From a virus (Duplodnaviria; Caudoviricetes), in IMG/VR virus record IMGVR_UViG_3300021399_000106, positions 32,001 to 96,000 of that record: 64,000 nucleotides of DNA; one strand, 5' to 3'. Below are positions 29,394 through 42,526 of this stretch, piece by piece. A program made the translations under genes and the position numbers. The notes under the pieces were generated by a model. The model did no database searches. It was not told where the DNA came from and saw nothing but the letters and a program-made list of their open reading frames with translations. Position 1 is the stretch's first letter. Each line of letters opens with the position of its first letter.

Positions 29394-30068
29394 ATGTCTT
29401 GTTGACTTGAAAATGAGTGTAAAAAACTTCATTGTAATGATAAAAATGGTTGTATGATTCAATATAAATTAGATTATTTATTTAATGAAGCAGGCATACC
29501 TTTAAATAGAAGAAAATCTCAATCCTTAGTAACAGATGCAGATGGCACTGACAGAGAACAATTTATTAAATTAAAATCTATTCAAGATAATATTCTAGAT
29601 TTTGTAAATAATGGTGATAATTTATATATTTATAGTATTCAAGCAGGTAATGGTAAAACATCTTGAGCGATAAGATTATTACAAAGCTATTTTAAAAAAA
29701 TATGACTTAAAACAGAATTAAAATGTAGAGCTTTGTTTATAAATGTTCCAAGTTTTCTACTAGCATTAAAAGCGAATATTAATGAACCTAATGAGTATTA
29801 CAAACATATAAATGAATATGTTTTAGATTGCGATTTAGTTATTTGAGATGATATTGGAAACAAGGTAGGAACTGAATTTGAAATCTCTCACCTTTTAAGT
29901 ATTATTGACACAAGAATAAATAGTGGAAAAGCAAACATTTATACATCAAATATTCTACCTGAACAATTAGGTAATTTATTAGATATTAGATTAGGTAGTA
30001 GAATTGTAAATGCATCAGAATGCATTCAATTTAAAGGCGGAGATAAAAGATCTCTTAATTTAGAGTAG
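29394..30068 (+). CDS. DnaC/IstB-like helicase loader ATPase (4 in-frame TGA)
   Basis: GNGKTS(W), LVI(W)DDIG, YTSN, RLGSRI in code 4. Confidence 0.88.
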
Positions 30069-30085
30069 CAAGGAGTTATAAGTAA

Positions 30086-31351
30086 ATGGTACAGTTACAA
30101 ACATTAAATAAAATATTACAGGATAAAGATCCTTCAATAATAACTTTAAATAATTTAAATGCAGATTATTTTCCAGAATATATTCCTGAGTTTTACTTTA
30201 TTAAAGAGCATCTAGATAAATATGGTTGTTTACCTGATATAGAAACATTTACAGCTAAGTTTGAGGATTTTGATGTTATTGAAGTTAATGAGCCTACAGC
30301 ATATTTGTTAGAGGAACTTTATAATGATAAAATTAGAAGAGATTTAACTAATGGATATAATCAGTTAAGACCCCTATTAATTAATGGGGATAAAGATGCT
30401 ATTGATAAAGCATTAATGCTAGTTAAAGAAACTGCAGAGAAGTCCGCTCAAGCAATAAGTTTAAATTGTGTTAACTTGTTTGAAGACACAAGTAGATATG
30501 ATGCTTATGTAGAAAGAACTGAAAATTATGATAAATATTTTATAACTACAGGATTTGATGAGTTAGATAAGGTTATTGGCGGTTGAGATGTAAAGGAAGA
30601 ATTAGCTACTATAGTTGCAAGAACTGGTATAGGTAAATCATGGTTTCTTATTAAATCTGCAACGGCTGCTGCATTACAAGGAAAAAGAGTAGGTATATAC
30701 TCAGGTGAAATGTCTGCTAATAAAGTTGGTTACAGAGCGGATACCTTAATAAGCCATTTATCAAATGGAGCATTAATTCATGGTGGTGCAAGTGTTAAAA
30801 ATGAATATAAAAGATTCTTAGATGAATTAAAGGAAAAGAATTTAACTTGTTATGTTTTAACACCAAAAGATGTTAATGGAGCAGCAGGTGTATCTGCATT
30901 AAGAGCATTTGTTGAAAAATATAATTTAGATGTATTATATATTGACCAACATTCATTACTTGATGATGATAGAAAAGCTAAGAATCCTGTTGAAAGAGCT
31001 GCAAATATATCTAAAGATTTAAAGATATTACAGGTTACTAAACAAATTCCAATTATTACAGTATCACAACAAAACAGAGAGCAAGTTGAAGGAAAAACAT
31101 TTGATACAACTCAATTAGCTCAATCTGATAGAATTGCTCAAGATTCAACTATTATTATATTTATTGAAAGAAAAGCTGATTTATTTAAATTACATTTAGT
31201 AAAATCAAGAGATACAGAAAATGGTAAGGTATTATCATACAAAGTTGATTTAAATACAGGTACTTTTCAATACATTGTTGAAAATGAAGATGGTGAAAGC
31301 ACTCAAGTACAATATGGAGATACCACTTATTCAGAAGACGAGGTATTTTAA
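30086..31351 (+). CDS. dnaB: Replicative DNA helicase, DnaB-like (1 in-frame TGA)
   Basis: TGFDELDKVIGG(W), ARTGIGKS, SGEM, IDQ, SQQNR and SDRIAQD motifs. Confidence 0.92.
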
Positions 31352-32334
31352 TGAATAACTATATTGAAGTTAAACGTAGACGTATATATACTCCTTTATG
31401 GGATATTATTATGGATATTAAAAGACAACTTCATAATGGTAAACTTAGAGAAGTTAGAACACCTAAGGATAATAATATTAGAGTAACATGTCCACATCAT
31501 AAAAATGGCTTAGAATCTGATCCAGATTGCAATATTTATATTGGTCCTGATATGAAAGATGCGTCAGGTAATCTTATTGTAGCTTATGGAACAGCTAACT
31601 GTTTTGCTTGTGATTTTAAAGGTGATTTTGTAAAATTTGTAGCAGAATGTTTTGACAAAAGTTATGAATGAGCAGCAGATTGGCTTATCGATAATTACTA
31701 TACTGGATCTTATGTTGAAGATATTGAGCTAGAACCTATTATATTAGCTAAATCTAAAAGACAATATCTTCCAGAATCAATTCTAAATGAATTTGAAGAT
31801 TTTCATCCATATATGTTACAAAGAAAATTAACAAAAGATGTAATTAAAGAATTTGAAATAAAGTATGATCCAAAAACAGAATGTTTAGTATTTCCTGTTA
31901 GAGATGAAAAAGGTAAATTGTGAATGCTAACAAGGCGTTCTGTTAAGGATAAAAAATTCATAATAGATAAAGAGAAACAGAAACCTGTATATTTATTATA
32001 TTATTTACAACAACATGATATAAAAGAAGCTTATGTTACAGAAAGTCAAATAAATGCATTAACTCTATGAACCCATCAACTTCCAGGTATTGCATTATTT
32101 GGTACAGGAAGTGAATATCAATATGATATCTTAAATAAATCAGGCATTAGAGTATATAATTTAATGTTTGATGGAGATGCAGCTGGAGATAAAGGCATTA
32201 GAGAATTTTTAAGTCACATTAGAAAAGATGTTATTGTAAATATTATTAACATGCCAAGAGGAAAAGATGTTAATGAATTAAGTTATGATGATGTAGAAAA
32301 TTTAATTTCTACACAAATGAAAGTAAAATTTTAA
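31351..32334 (+). CDS. DNA primase (Zn-binding + TOPRIM; 3 in-frame TGA)
   Basis: CPHH...CFAC, VTESQINAL, FDGDAAG, KDVNE. Confidence 0.9.
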
Positions 32335-32408
32335 GTAATAAAATTGTATAATTATTATAAGAGCTCATAGAAGCCTTAAAAATAGAAAGAAAAAGGAGAA
32401 TTTAAAAA

Positions 32409-33224
32409 ATGGCTAACGTTAGTTACGAAGAGTATCAAAAGCAACAAGCTGCAAGACAAGCAGCAAATGGTGGCAATCAAAAACCAGTTCATTTTATGAA
32501 CGAATGATTAGCAAAGGATGGAGATTTTGTAGTTGTAAGATTCCCTTACACATCTCAAGCAGATATTCAATTTGAATCTGTTCATAATGTTGTAGGAGTT
32601 TTTCCAGGAGATAAGTTTGGAAAAAGTGTAAGATGTACAGGAACAGATGATTGTCCTTTATGCAATAGCAAGGATGAAGCAGTTCAAAAGAGAAAATTAA
32701 AATTCTATGCAAAGTTTGTGGTTTATAATCCTACTTCAACAGGTGCAGAATTATGTGCAACAGTTTGGGAAAGACCTTCTGGATTCGCAGATATTGATTT
32801 AAAGAATCTAATGACTGAATATGGAGATTTAAGTAATTATTTATTTAAGATTGTAAGAACAGGAAAGGGTACAGATACAAGATATAATATTATTCCTGTT
32901 AATATGCAAAGTCCTGTATATTCTCAACCTGCATATTCACAAAAGGATTTCTCATGTTTAGAAGGAATTGATGCAACTAAGATTTTATCAAAGAGCATTG
33001 AACAATATAATCAAGCTTTAAATCCAACAACAGAAGCTACTGAGCAAAAAACTGTTGGAGAATTTAAGGTTCCTGAAAGCAAAACAATTGATGATGCATT
33101 AGGTTTACCTCCACAACAAAATCAAACTGTTGTTACATCTCAACCAACAGCTCAAACAGAAGTACAAAATCAAACAATTTCACAACCAACAAGTACATCT
33201 GGTCCAACAAGATATAAGTTTTAA
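32409..33224 (+). CDS. Single-stranded DNA-binding protein, gp32-like (1 in-frame TGA)
   Basis: VVRF, CPLC, RTGKGTDTRY, low-complexity tail; lies between primase and polymerase. Confidence 0.72.
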
Positions 33225-33318
33225 TTAACTTATATTAATACTAATAAAAGGTGAAGTTATAAACTTTGCCTTTTATTTTTAATTGTATAATTAAACAATA
33301 CTATGCAAGGAGATATAT

Positions 33319-36003
33319 ATGGAAAGATTAGAATCTTTATGAGGCGAAGAAATTGAAGAAGAAATTCCTAAGAGAAAGGAAAAAACTAAAAAAACATTAG
33401 ATAAAATAGCTAAGCCTAAGAAAATAACAGATACTAAAGAAGCAGTATCCAAAACCATTAAAAGCAAAACTATCTCGTTAAAGGAAAAGCTTGAACTTAT
33501 AACAACAGAAGTATTACGAGTATTAGGAAAACAGAAGGATAACATAGTTGTTATAAAGAGTAAGGAACAATATATAGAATATATTCAAAACGCTATTAAA
33601 CGTGGAAAAATAGCGGTAGATACGGAAACTAATAACTCATTGGACCCTATTACTTGTATGTTAATGGGTTTATGTTTATATTATCCAGGTGCTAAACAAG
33701 CATATATACCAGTTAATCATAGAAATTGGGAAACTAAAGAAAGATTAGATTGACAATTAACAGAAGCTGATATACGAGAAGGATTACAATTATTAATAGA
33801 CTCTAATATTGAAGAAGAATATCATAATGGTAAATTTGATAGAGAAGTATTACTATGTACTTGTAATATTGAAATGCCAGTTACAAAAGATACAATGATT
33901 GGAGCAAAATTAATTGATGAAAATGAATATAGTGCCGGATTAAAACAGCAATATATTAGTAAAATTGATCCAGACCAAGAAAAGTATTCTATTGACCACT
34001 TATTTGAAGGTGTAGAATATGCAGATGTAGATCCTGAAATATTTGCTTTATATGCTGCAACAGATTCATTAATGACCGATAAATTAGATAATTGGCAAGA
34101 AGTTATTTTAGAAAGTGACGATTATCAAAGAGTTAACAATCTATATAATGAAACAGAAATTCCATTAATACCTGCTCTTGCTGAAATGGAATTGAACGGA
34201 ATGCTTGTAGATAAGGAATATGCTGCTAGATTAAGTAAGAAATTTCATAATAAGCTAGATAATATTGATAATAATATAAATAATTTACTTACTTCTTTAC
34301 AAGGATTTATCGATGAATGGAAGTTAACACCAAATGCTTTAAATAAACAGATGAAAAAACAATCTGAAAAACAAAGAGCAAATGCAGTTAAAAGTACCAA
34401 TTATGATGATTCACTATGGAAGTATGAAAATGGTGTATGGTATAAGTTAAGTAAGGCAAAAATAGAGCAGCTTGATGAAACATTAACTCCAGAAAGTTTA
34501 GCATCACCAACACAATTAGCAATATTATTATATGATATATTAAAAGCGCCCATTGTTAATGAAGAAAAACCACAGGCAACTGGTGAAGAAGAGCTGAAAG
34601 CTATTGCGGATTCAGCTAAGAAATCAGGTAATTCTGCTCTTGAATCACTATGTGAATTAATGCTTGAAAGACGTGAAGTTGTTAAACTTATATCTACATA
34701 TATTGATACTATTCCAGAAATTGCAAAGAGATGGCCTGATGGTAGAGCTAGAACTCACTTTAATCAATACGGTGCTGCAACGGGTAGATTAAGTTCATCA
34801 GATCCAATTAATTTCCAAAACATTCCTTCTCACGAAAAATCTATTAGATTATTATTTAGAGCAGCTCCAGGTTATCGTATAATTGGTGCTGACTTCTCAG
34901 CCCAAGAACCAAGGCTTGTTGCTCACTATAGTCAAGATGATAATATGTTAAATGCATATTTAAATAAACAAGACTTATATTCAGTTATTGCGTCTCAATC
35001 ATTCAATGTTCCTTATGAAGATTGTTTGGAATTCTATCCAGAAGGAACTGAAATTCTATTTGAAGGTAAAAAAGTAGTATGTGGATATAAAACACATTTA
35101 AATACAGAGGGTAAAGCTAGAAGAACACAAGCAAAATCAATATTACTTGGCTTGCTTTATGGTAGAGGTGCTGCATCAATCGGAGAGCAATTAGGAAAAA
35201 GTAGAGAAGAAGCACAGGAAATTATTGATAAATTCTTTAAAGCCTTTCCTAAAGTTAAAAAGTGGATTGACGAAACTGTTGAATTCTGTAGAAAAAATGG
35301 TTATGTTGAGGATGTAGGTGGTAGACGTAGAAGATTACCTGATATTCAATTACCCCAATATACTATTAGATATATAAATAAAACTATGGCAAATGGTGAT
35401 TTTAATCCATTTATTGGTTGCGAAGATAGATTAACATCAAATAAATTATTTAAAGAGTATGAAGATAAATTATCTAAGATAAAATCAAGAAAACAATATG
35501 AAGCAATTAAATCAGAGGCTTTAGATAATGGTATTGAAATTATTAATAATGGCGGATTTATTAGTCAGGCTGAGAGACAGTGTGTTAATGCAAGAGTGCA
35601 AGGTGGTGCAGCTACATTAACAAAATCAGCATTAATAATGATTTATAATGATAAGAGATTAAAAGATTTAGGTGCAAAATTAATTAATTGTGTTCATGAT
35701 GAAATCTTAATTGAGGCACCAGTTGAAAATTCAGAATTAGCTGCTCAATATTTATGTGAGGATATGATTGACTCAGCTAAAAAGTATGTTCCAGTTGTTC
35801 CAATGAGCGTTGATGCTTATAATGTTGATGCTTGGTATATGGATGAGTATGCATCTATAATTCAAAAAGACTATAAAAAACTATTAGAAAAAGGTGTTAC
35901 GGAAAAGGATGCAGAGAATACTATAATTGAAAAATATTGTGAGTTATTACCTGAGCAGGTTAAGGAAGCAATTCATACTGGGGAAATGCATATCAATTAT
36001 TAG
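33319..36003 (+). CDS. polA: Family A DNA polymerase (2 in-frame TGA)
   Basis: VDTET exonuclease, TGRLSSSDPINFQNIP, ADFSAQEPR, K...GLLYG and VHDEI motifs. Confidence 0.95.
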
Positions 36004-36062
36004 AACTAAATTAATCATAAAAATTTAATATAAGAAATTAAGAAGTAAAGAGGGTTTAAATA

Positions 36063-36902
36063 GTGACAAATGAAAACAAAAGCAACTATCTAGGTTGAAA
36101 GGTATGAAATCCTACAGATGAAGAATTCGCAGAATTTTATACAGATAAACCTAAGGAACCGTTCCCTTTATTAGAGAACGAATATCTATTAATTTATGTA
36201 GATGATAAATTAGTAGATTCATATTGCAAGGAAGGAGATCATTTAAGGCGATTTAAACACAACACAATTAAAATAAAAGATAAAGAAACCATAGTTCCTA
36301 GAAATGATGAACAAAAGTGTGCATTTGATTTAATGAAGAATGATGATATAAAGGTTAAATTATTAACAGGAACTTGAGGTTCAGGTAAAACATTTATTTT
36401 AGTGTCTGCAGCATTAGAGGCATTGAAAGCTCATAAATTTGATAGAATTGTGTGAATTAGAAATAATGTTGATGTTAAAGATACCAAAGATTTAGGTGCA
36501 TTACCAGGTGAAGTAAATGATAAATTAAAACCTTTCTTAGGACCTTTCATTGACCATTGTGGTGAAAGAGAGGTTGAAAGAATGATTGAGGATGGTTTAT
36601 TAACTGTAGAACCTTTACAATCATTAAGAGGTAGAAATTTTGAAAATACACTAATTATGTGTTCTGAAGCTGAAAACCTAACAAAAGAACATATTCAATT
36701 AATTATTGCAAGAGCAGCTGAAGGAAGTGCAGTCTGACTAGATGCGGATTGTCGTCAACGCGATAAGGCAACATTTGAAAAATCAAAAGGTGTTGAAACG
36801 TTAATTGAAAGATTACAAGGTAATGAATTATTTGGTTATGTACATTTAATTAAAACAGAACGTTCTGCAACAGCTAGATTAGCAGATTTATTAAATGATT
36901 AG
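36063..36902 (+). CDS. phoH: PhoH-family ATPase (5 in-frame TGA)
   Basis: GT(W)GSGKT, LGALPG, LRGRNF, SEAEN, ERS motifs; absent from the ORF track. Confidence 0.9.
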
Positions 36903-36911
36903 GAGATTAAA

Positions 36912-37541
36912 ATGAATAATGTAACAATAAATACAAAACGTATGAGAATTATGATAGGTATTTTAGGTATATTACTTCCTTGATTAGTAGCACTAATTAC
37001 CTTATCTTGGCCTGGTTCAATTTCTGAAACTTATTATTCATTGTTTGCAGTAGGAACATTTATGGTGGTTTTAGGAAGTGCGGGTATATTATTAGTTAAT
37101 TATAAAGGTTATGAGAAAATAGATGATATTACGGCAACAATAGCCGGTATATTTGGTATATTAATATGTTTATTTCCAATGACGTATTTACCAGAGCCTA
37201 GCACACTTACAGGGGTACTGCATTTACCTTCAAATATAAGTAATATATTCCATTGTATAAGTGCTTTTGGATTCTTTGGAACATTAGCATTTATGTCATA
37301 TTTCCTATTTACTAAATCAGATGGAGAAATGACAAAACAAAAGAAAATTAAAAATATTATTTATAGAATATGTGGAATTGGAATGATGGGTTCATTCTTA
37401 CTAATGTTATTAAATTTCTTTTCTTGGGCACCTTATAATTTAACTTGGATAGTAGAAGCCATTGCATTATTCTTCTTCGGTGTAAGTTGGATTGTAAAAT
37501 CAGATGCTATACCATTTTTACAGGATAAACGTATATCATAG
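36912..37541 (+). CDS. Multi-pass membrane protein (1 in-frame TGA)
   Basis: AGGAG RBS, SISETYYS, about six transmembrane segments. Confidence 0.75.
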
Positions 37542-37644
37542 AAAATATAATAAATATAATAAATTAACCGCTTAATCGCGGTTTTTTATTTTGTATAATT
37601 GTATATATAATATATAAAAACTGAAAAGGAGATTTATATAAAAT

Positions 37645-38430
37645 ATGAGTTTAGTAATTGCAATTAAAGATAAAGGAAGAGTTGTATTAGGTGCTGATAA
37701 ACAAGTATCTTATGGTAATAATAAAGACCACTCTTGTACAAAAATATGGGAAGTCGTTGGTTTACCTGGTGCTATAATGGGTGGTGTTGGTTCTGCTAGA
37801 GCTAGTCAAATTATTCAATATGCTGATATAATTGATAAAAATACTATTAACGATGATTTAGGTATTGAATTTGTAATTAGATATTTAGCACCTACTTTAG
37901 TGGCAACTTTAAATGCTAATGGTGTTCCTTGTGATGTACCAACAGATCCTGAAACCGGAATTAAAGGTGGCTGTATTATGATGCCTAATGCTTTCCTATT
38001 TGCTTATAATGACAGAGCTTGGATGATTTGGCATGATTTATCAGTAACTGAAATTGAAGACTATTTAGCTATTGGTAGTGGTTCAGAGGTGGCAAAAGGG
38101 GCATTATTTGCAACTCAAGGACAAAATCCATTTGAAAGAATTGTAACGGCAATTGATGCAGCATCTTCAGCAACTATTGGTGTTGATGACGGTATTGATT
38201 TATTAGTAACAGAAGAAAGAAATACTGATATGAAAAATGTTGCAAAGGCATTTGGAGTAGAAATTAAAAAGACAGAAGAAAAATTAGATAAATTAGAAGA
38301 AAAGAAAGTTGAAATGGAATCTGGCGAGGAATCAGAAACAACTGAAAACGATACTAATGTAGTTGAAGAAGTTAAGGAAAAGAAAACAAAGAAAACAAAG
38401 TCTAAAAAAGAAACTGTTAAGGAGGATTAA
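37645..38430 (+). CDS. Ntn-hydrolase / proteasome-beta-like protein
   Basis: N-terminal (M)SLVIA...GADKQ, AIGSGS..A.GAL. Confidence 0.78.
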   Translation: MSLVIAIKDKGRVVLGADKQVSYGNNKDHSCTKIWEVVGLPGAIMGGVGSARASQIIQYADIIDKNTINDDLGIEFVIRYLAPTLVATLNANGVPCDVPTDPETGIKGGCIMMPNAFLFAYNDRAWMIWHDLSVTEIEDYLAIGSGSEVAKGALFATQGQNPFERIVTAIDAASSATIGVDDGIDLLVTEERNTDMKNVAKAFGVEIKKTEEKLDKLEEKKVEMESGEESETTENDTNVVEEVKEKKTKKTKSKKETVKED

Positions 38431-38432
38431 TT

Positions 38433-38624
38433 ATGACTAAAAAAGAATTCAATGCAGTAAGAGAATTAATTGTTAGAACTTGTAGCTCTGAAAATTTAAC
38501 AAGTTTATGTCACTATTATGGTGTAACAACTTCAGAATTTTATGAATATGTGGATGAATTAGCTTTAGAAGGTTTTAAAGATAAATATAATCAACATAAT
38601 CATCCAGAACATAATAAGGAGTAG
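38433..38624 (+). CDS. Hypothetical protein
   Basis: AGGAGG RBS. Confidence 0.6.
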   Translation: MTKKEFNAVRELIVRTCSSENLTSLCHYYGVTTSEFYEYVDELALEGFKDKYNQHNHPEHNKE

Positions 38625-38629
38625 ATAAT

Positions 38630-39103
38630 ATGAGTAATAATTTAGGTTTTTGGCAAGAAGCCGATAAATATGGTTGTTTTAGTAATTTTTATCCTTGTAG
38701 TTTTACTTGGAATGGAAGAAAATTTAATTGCTCTGAACAAGCATTTATGTGGGCTAAGGCAACATATTTTAAAGATGATGATACCGCAATAAAAATTATG
38801 TCAGAGAGTGATCCTAAAAAGATTAAAAAATTAGGTAGAACTGTAAAAGATTTCAATGATGAAGAATGGTCAAAAGTTAGATATAATTTTATGTTACAAA
38901 TCAACCATGAAAAATATCGTCAAAATTTAGATTTAAGAAAAATTTTATTATCCACTGGGGATATTACTATTGTTGAAGATTCTCCTTTTGATTATATATG
39001 GGGAATTGGTAAAGATGGTAGTGGTCAAAACTTATTAGGTAAGGTTTTAATGGAAGTTAGACAATATTATCAAAATATTAGAAATGAAGCAACAGAGGAA
39101 TAA
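38630..39103 (+). CDS. NADAR (YbiA-like) protein
   Basis: FSNFY, SEQAFMWAKA, EDSPFDYIWGIG, GQNLLGKVLMEVR. Confidence 0.93.
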   Translation: MSNNLGFWQEADKYGCFSNFYPCSFTWNGRKFNCSEQAFMWAKATYFKDDDTAIKIMSESDPKKIKKLGRTVKDFNDEEWSKVRYNFMLQINHEKYRQNLDLRKILLSTGDITIVEDSPFDYIWGIGKDGSGQNLLGKVLMEVRQYYQNIRNEATEE

Positions 39104-39105
39104 AT

Positions 39106-39636
39106 ATGATTAAGTTTGAAAAAGTAAGCTATGATGAATTTAAAAAAGCTATGAATATATTTTTTCCTCAAAATGAAGACGTTATAGAAGAAATATATAA
39201 TAATATTAAATTACCAAAAAGAGGTTCTAAACGTTCTGCAGGATATGACATTTATTCACCTATTGATTTTGATTTAACTGTCCGTAATACCATTGTTCCT
39301 ACATTTTTTGATTCAAGTAAACCAATTATAATACCATTAGGTATAAAGGCTCAAATGCCTGATGATATGTTTTTAAACATTGTTCCTAGAAGTAGTGTTG
39401 GTTTTAAATCTGGAACATATTTAGCAAATACTATTGGTATTATTGATAGCGATTATTATAATAATGAAAAGAATGAAGGACATATAATGATAAAACTTGT
39501 TCCTGGATTTGAGGATTTATATGTTAATGCTGGAGACAGAATAGTTCAAGGTATTTTTACTAGATATTATATTACTGATGACGATGAAGCCCAAGATGAT
39601 AGAAAAGGTGGATTCGGAAGTACCGGAAGTAATTAA
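39106..39636 (+). CDS. dut: Trimeric dUTPase
   Basis: SAGYD, PRSS, GIIDSDY and RKGGFGSTG motifs. Confidence 0.95.
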   Translation: MIKFEKVSYDEFKKAMNIFFPQNEDVIEEIYNNIKLPKRGSKRSAGYDIYSPIDFDLTVRNTIVPTFFDSSKPIIIPLGIKAQMPDDMFLNIVPRSSVGFKSGTYLANTIGIIDSDYYNNEKNEGHIMIKLVPGFEDLYVNAGDRIVQGIFTRYYITDDDEAQDDRKGGFGSTGSN

Positions 39637-39675
39637 TTATATTGTATAATATTTAAGAAAAGAGGTAAAAGTAAT

Positions 39676-40197
39676 ATGTATACTATTGAAACTAATATAG
39701 AATTACCTATTGCACACTGTTTATATAGAGGTGCATATAGTGGTTTATGCTGTGGTAATGTTTATAGAGATTTAAAAAATGATGGTGAAAAGGAAAGATA
39801 TGATTTAGGAGATTGTATATTTCCTATAATCCACGGTCATAATTATTTTGTAACTGTAGCATTAACAACAAATGAGCTAGATAAAAATGGAATGGTTGTA
39901 GATTTTAAGAAAATGAAGAAAATTATTCATGATTATTTTGACCAATATGACCATAGTATGATTCTAACACCTGATAATCCATTAACTCAAGCATATATTG
40001 AAAATTTTAAACAAAATGGTATTGATTTAAATAGAAGTAGATTATTTATTTGGAATGAAAATCCAACAGCCGAATATATGGCAAAATTATGGTATGATAT
40101 TATGTTAGAAAAATTTAAATCTGAAGGATTAAATGTAAATTCTTTGGCAATAACAGTTGAAGAAACATCACATAATAAAGTAACTTATACAGAATAG
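39676..40197 (+). CDS. queD: 6-carboxytetrahydropterin synthase
   Basis: AHCL, HGHNY, GMVVDF, DH, NPTAE, VEET. Confidence 0.9.
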   Translation: MYTIETNIELPIAHCLYRGAYSGLCCGNVYRDLKNDGEKERYDLGDCIFPIIHGHNYFVTVALTTNELDKNGMVVDFKKMKKIIHDYFDQYDHSMILTPDNPLTQAYIENFKQNGIDLNRSRLFIWNENPTAEYMAKLWYDIMLEKFKSEGLNVNSLAITVEETSHNKVTYTE

Positions 40198-40210
40198 AAA
40201 GGAAAGTAAT

Positions 40211-40510
40211 ATGGAATTAACAAGTAAATTTTTAGGTAAAGAATTTGAAGGATTTAAAGTAGTTAAATATTTTGTTAAGAATGAGTATAAAAAGGTTTAT
40301 AAGAATCCTAAACAAAAAAATCATAGAGCATATAGTTATGAATTATATAATGAAACTACTAAGCAACATTTAACTATTAGCGGTAATCAATTAAGATTAT
40401 TAAATGAAGGTAAAAGAACAATTTCTCAAATGTTATCAGTTGATAATAGAGGAGGAAACAAAAATCCTCAAATTAATGCCTATAAAAAGTGGTTAAAATC
40501 ACAAAAGTAG
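40211..40510 (+). CDS. Hypothetical basic protein
   Basis: GAAAGGA RBS. Confidence 0.65.
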   Translation: MELTSKFLGKEFEGFKVVKYFVKNEYKKVYKNPKQKNHRAYSYELYNETTKQHLTISGNQLRLLNEGKRTISQMLSVDNRGGNKNPQINAYKKWLKSQK

Positions 40511-40605
40511 AATAACCTTATTTTTAAGGTTATTTATTTATCGTATATAAATTTATATAACAATTTAAAAAATATAAATAACAAGAAATTTGAAAGGAAT
40601 AACAT

Positions 40606-40986
40606 ATGTATAATAAAGATAATAAGTTATATGTTGAATGAAAAGATATTGAAAATTATGTAACTGAATTAGCAATTGAAGTTTGTAGAGATTTAAATAA
40701 ATGTCCTAATGGAGTTTATGGAGTTCCTAGAGGCGGTTTAATTTTAGCAACCTTAATAAGTTATAAATTAAATATACCACTTTTATTAGCACCTACAAAG
40801 GATTGTCTTATTGTTGATGATATAGCTGATAGCGGTAGAACATTACTACACTACACTGAAAACGATACACAATTTAATAAATATTATATTTCAACAATGT
40901 TTTATCATAAGAGAAGTATGGTAAAACCTGATTATTATGCATTTGAAAAAACTGATGAATGGATTGTTTATCCTTGAGAAGAGTAG
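40606..40986 (+). CDS. Purine phosphoribosyltransferase-like (2 in-frame TGA)
   Basis: GVPRGG, LIVDDIADSGRT, WIVYP(W)E; absent from the ORF track. Confidence 0.88.
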
Positions 40987-40994
40987 GTTATAAT

Positions 40995-41705
40995 ATGGAA
41001 GAATTAAAAAGAGAAGAAAATAAGCATATTGGTTATACTCCATTAAGATTAAAATGACAGAATGGAGAGTTAACTAGGTTAAATTGAGATATTGTTATTA
41101 GAGATGAAGAATATTTTGGTTATCATTTAGGTCCTGATTTTGATAATTATGACGAAAGTGATAAGGAAAAATACCTATATAGATATGATACCTGATTTAT
41201 ATGTAAAAGAGATTGTCCTGAAGATAAAATAATTGATAATTTAATTTCATGTAGTAGAGACGAAATGCAAGTTAGATGAGGATTTAGCATTAAAGAGGAT
41301 TCTTATTTAAAATATAAATGGGATGAATATGACCTTAGAACTAATGTAAAATATAATATAACAAGAAATGATGAATTATTTTATGAAGGTTGCTGTGGCT
41401 CTTTAGAAGGTGCATATGTAAATGCAATGAAAATTATATATCAATTAGAGGATTCAGCAGCAGAGATTACTACTATAGACTGGAATAAAAATATAATAGG
41501 AACAAAAGTTTGGTATTGTGATCAACCAGCTACTATTCAAAGCGTTTATCGAAGTGAAATGTATCTAGTTCCGGATAAGGAATTTATAAAAGAATTTAAA
41601 GAACCTGAATCTTGAAAAGGTGAGGATTGAATGTATTGAGGCGACTATAAAGATGGTTTATATGTAGAAATATGAGATCCTCGAATTACTTGATTTAGAA
41701 AATAA
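40995..41705 (+). CDS. Hypothetical protein (9 in-frame TGA)
   Basis: Continuous 236-aa frame in code 4. Confidence 0.7.
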
Positions 41706-41745
41706 TGTATAATAACATATCATATAATTGAAAGGAAACTAAACT

Positions 41746-42522
41746 ATGATAAGAGTAAATGAAAATGGTGAAAATCAAATAGGACTTGTAAATATCTTTC
41801 CTTCTATTAATGGAGAAGGTCACGCATCTGGTAAACCAACGGTATTTATTAGAGTGTTTGGTTGTAATTTACGTTGCGTTTGGTGTGACACAAAAGAAAG
41901 TTGGACTGAAGATAATTTATTAAAGGTATATCCTGAAAGATTAAATAATGTTTTAAAATGGAAAACTGCTAAAGAAATATTTAATGAAGTAGAATCATTA
42001 GAACAAAATTGGTATCATAAATCTATTTGTTTAACAGGTGGTGAACCTTTACATTTAGCCAATACTGATTTTATGTTAAATGAATTATTACCATTATTTG
42101 TAAATGCAAATTATGATGTAAGTATTGAAACTGATGGTGGAATTGATTATAAACCTTATAAGGAAAAATTTGGTGATTCTAAGGTAATTAATGGTAATGG
42201 AGATAGAGTAGGTGTAACTATTATTGCTGATTATAAGTTACCTTCTTCAGGAATGACTAAAATGATGATTAAGGATAATTTTAAAATATATTCTGAAATG
42301 GATTTAATAAAAATGGTTATATCTGATAATGAAGAAGATTGGAAGGAATTAGAAAATGTTGTTAATTCCGGAACTAAAGCAAGTATTTATTTAAGTCCTT
42401 GTTTTGGACAAGTTACAATGAACAGAATTCCTGAATTTGTAATGAAACATTCTGATAAACCTATCAGAGCACAAATTCAAGTACATAAAATATTTTGGGA
42501 GCCAACAAAAAAGGACGTGTAA
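41746..42522 (+). CDS. queE: 7-carboxy-7-deazaguanine synthase (radical SAM)
   Basis: SINGEG, FIRVFGCNLRCVWCDT, TGGEP, QVHKIFW. Confidence 0.93.
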   Translation: MIRVNENGENQIGLVNIFPSINGEGHASGKPTVFIRVFGCNLRCVWCDTKESWTEDNLLKVYPERLNNVLKWKTAKEIFNEVESLEQNWYHKSICLTGGEPLHLANTDFMLNELLPLFVNANYDVSIETDGGIDYKPYKEKFGDSKVINGNGDRVGVTIIADYKLPSSGMTKMMIKDNFKIYSEMDLIKMVISDNEEDWKELENVVNSGTKASIYLSPCFGQVTMNRIPEFVMKHSDKPIRAQIQVHKIFWEPTKKDV

Positions 42523-42526
42523 AAAT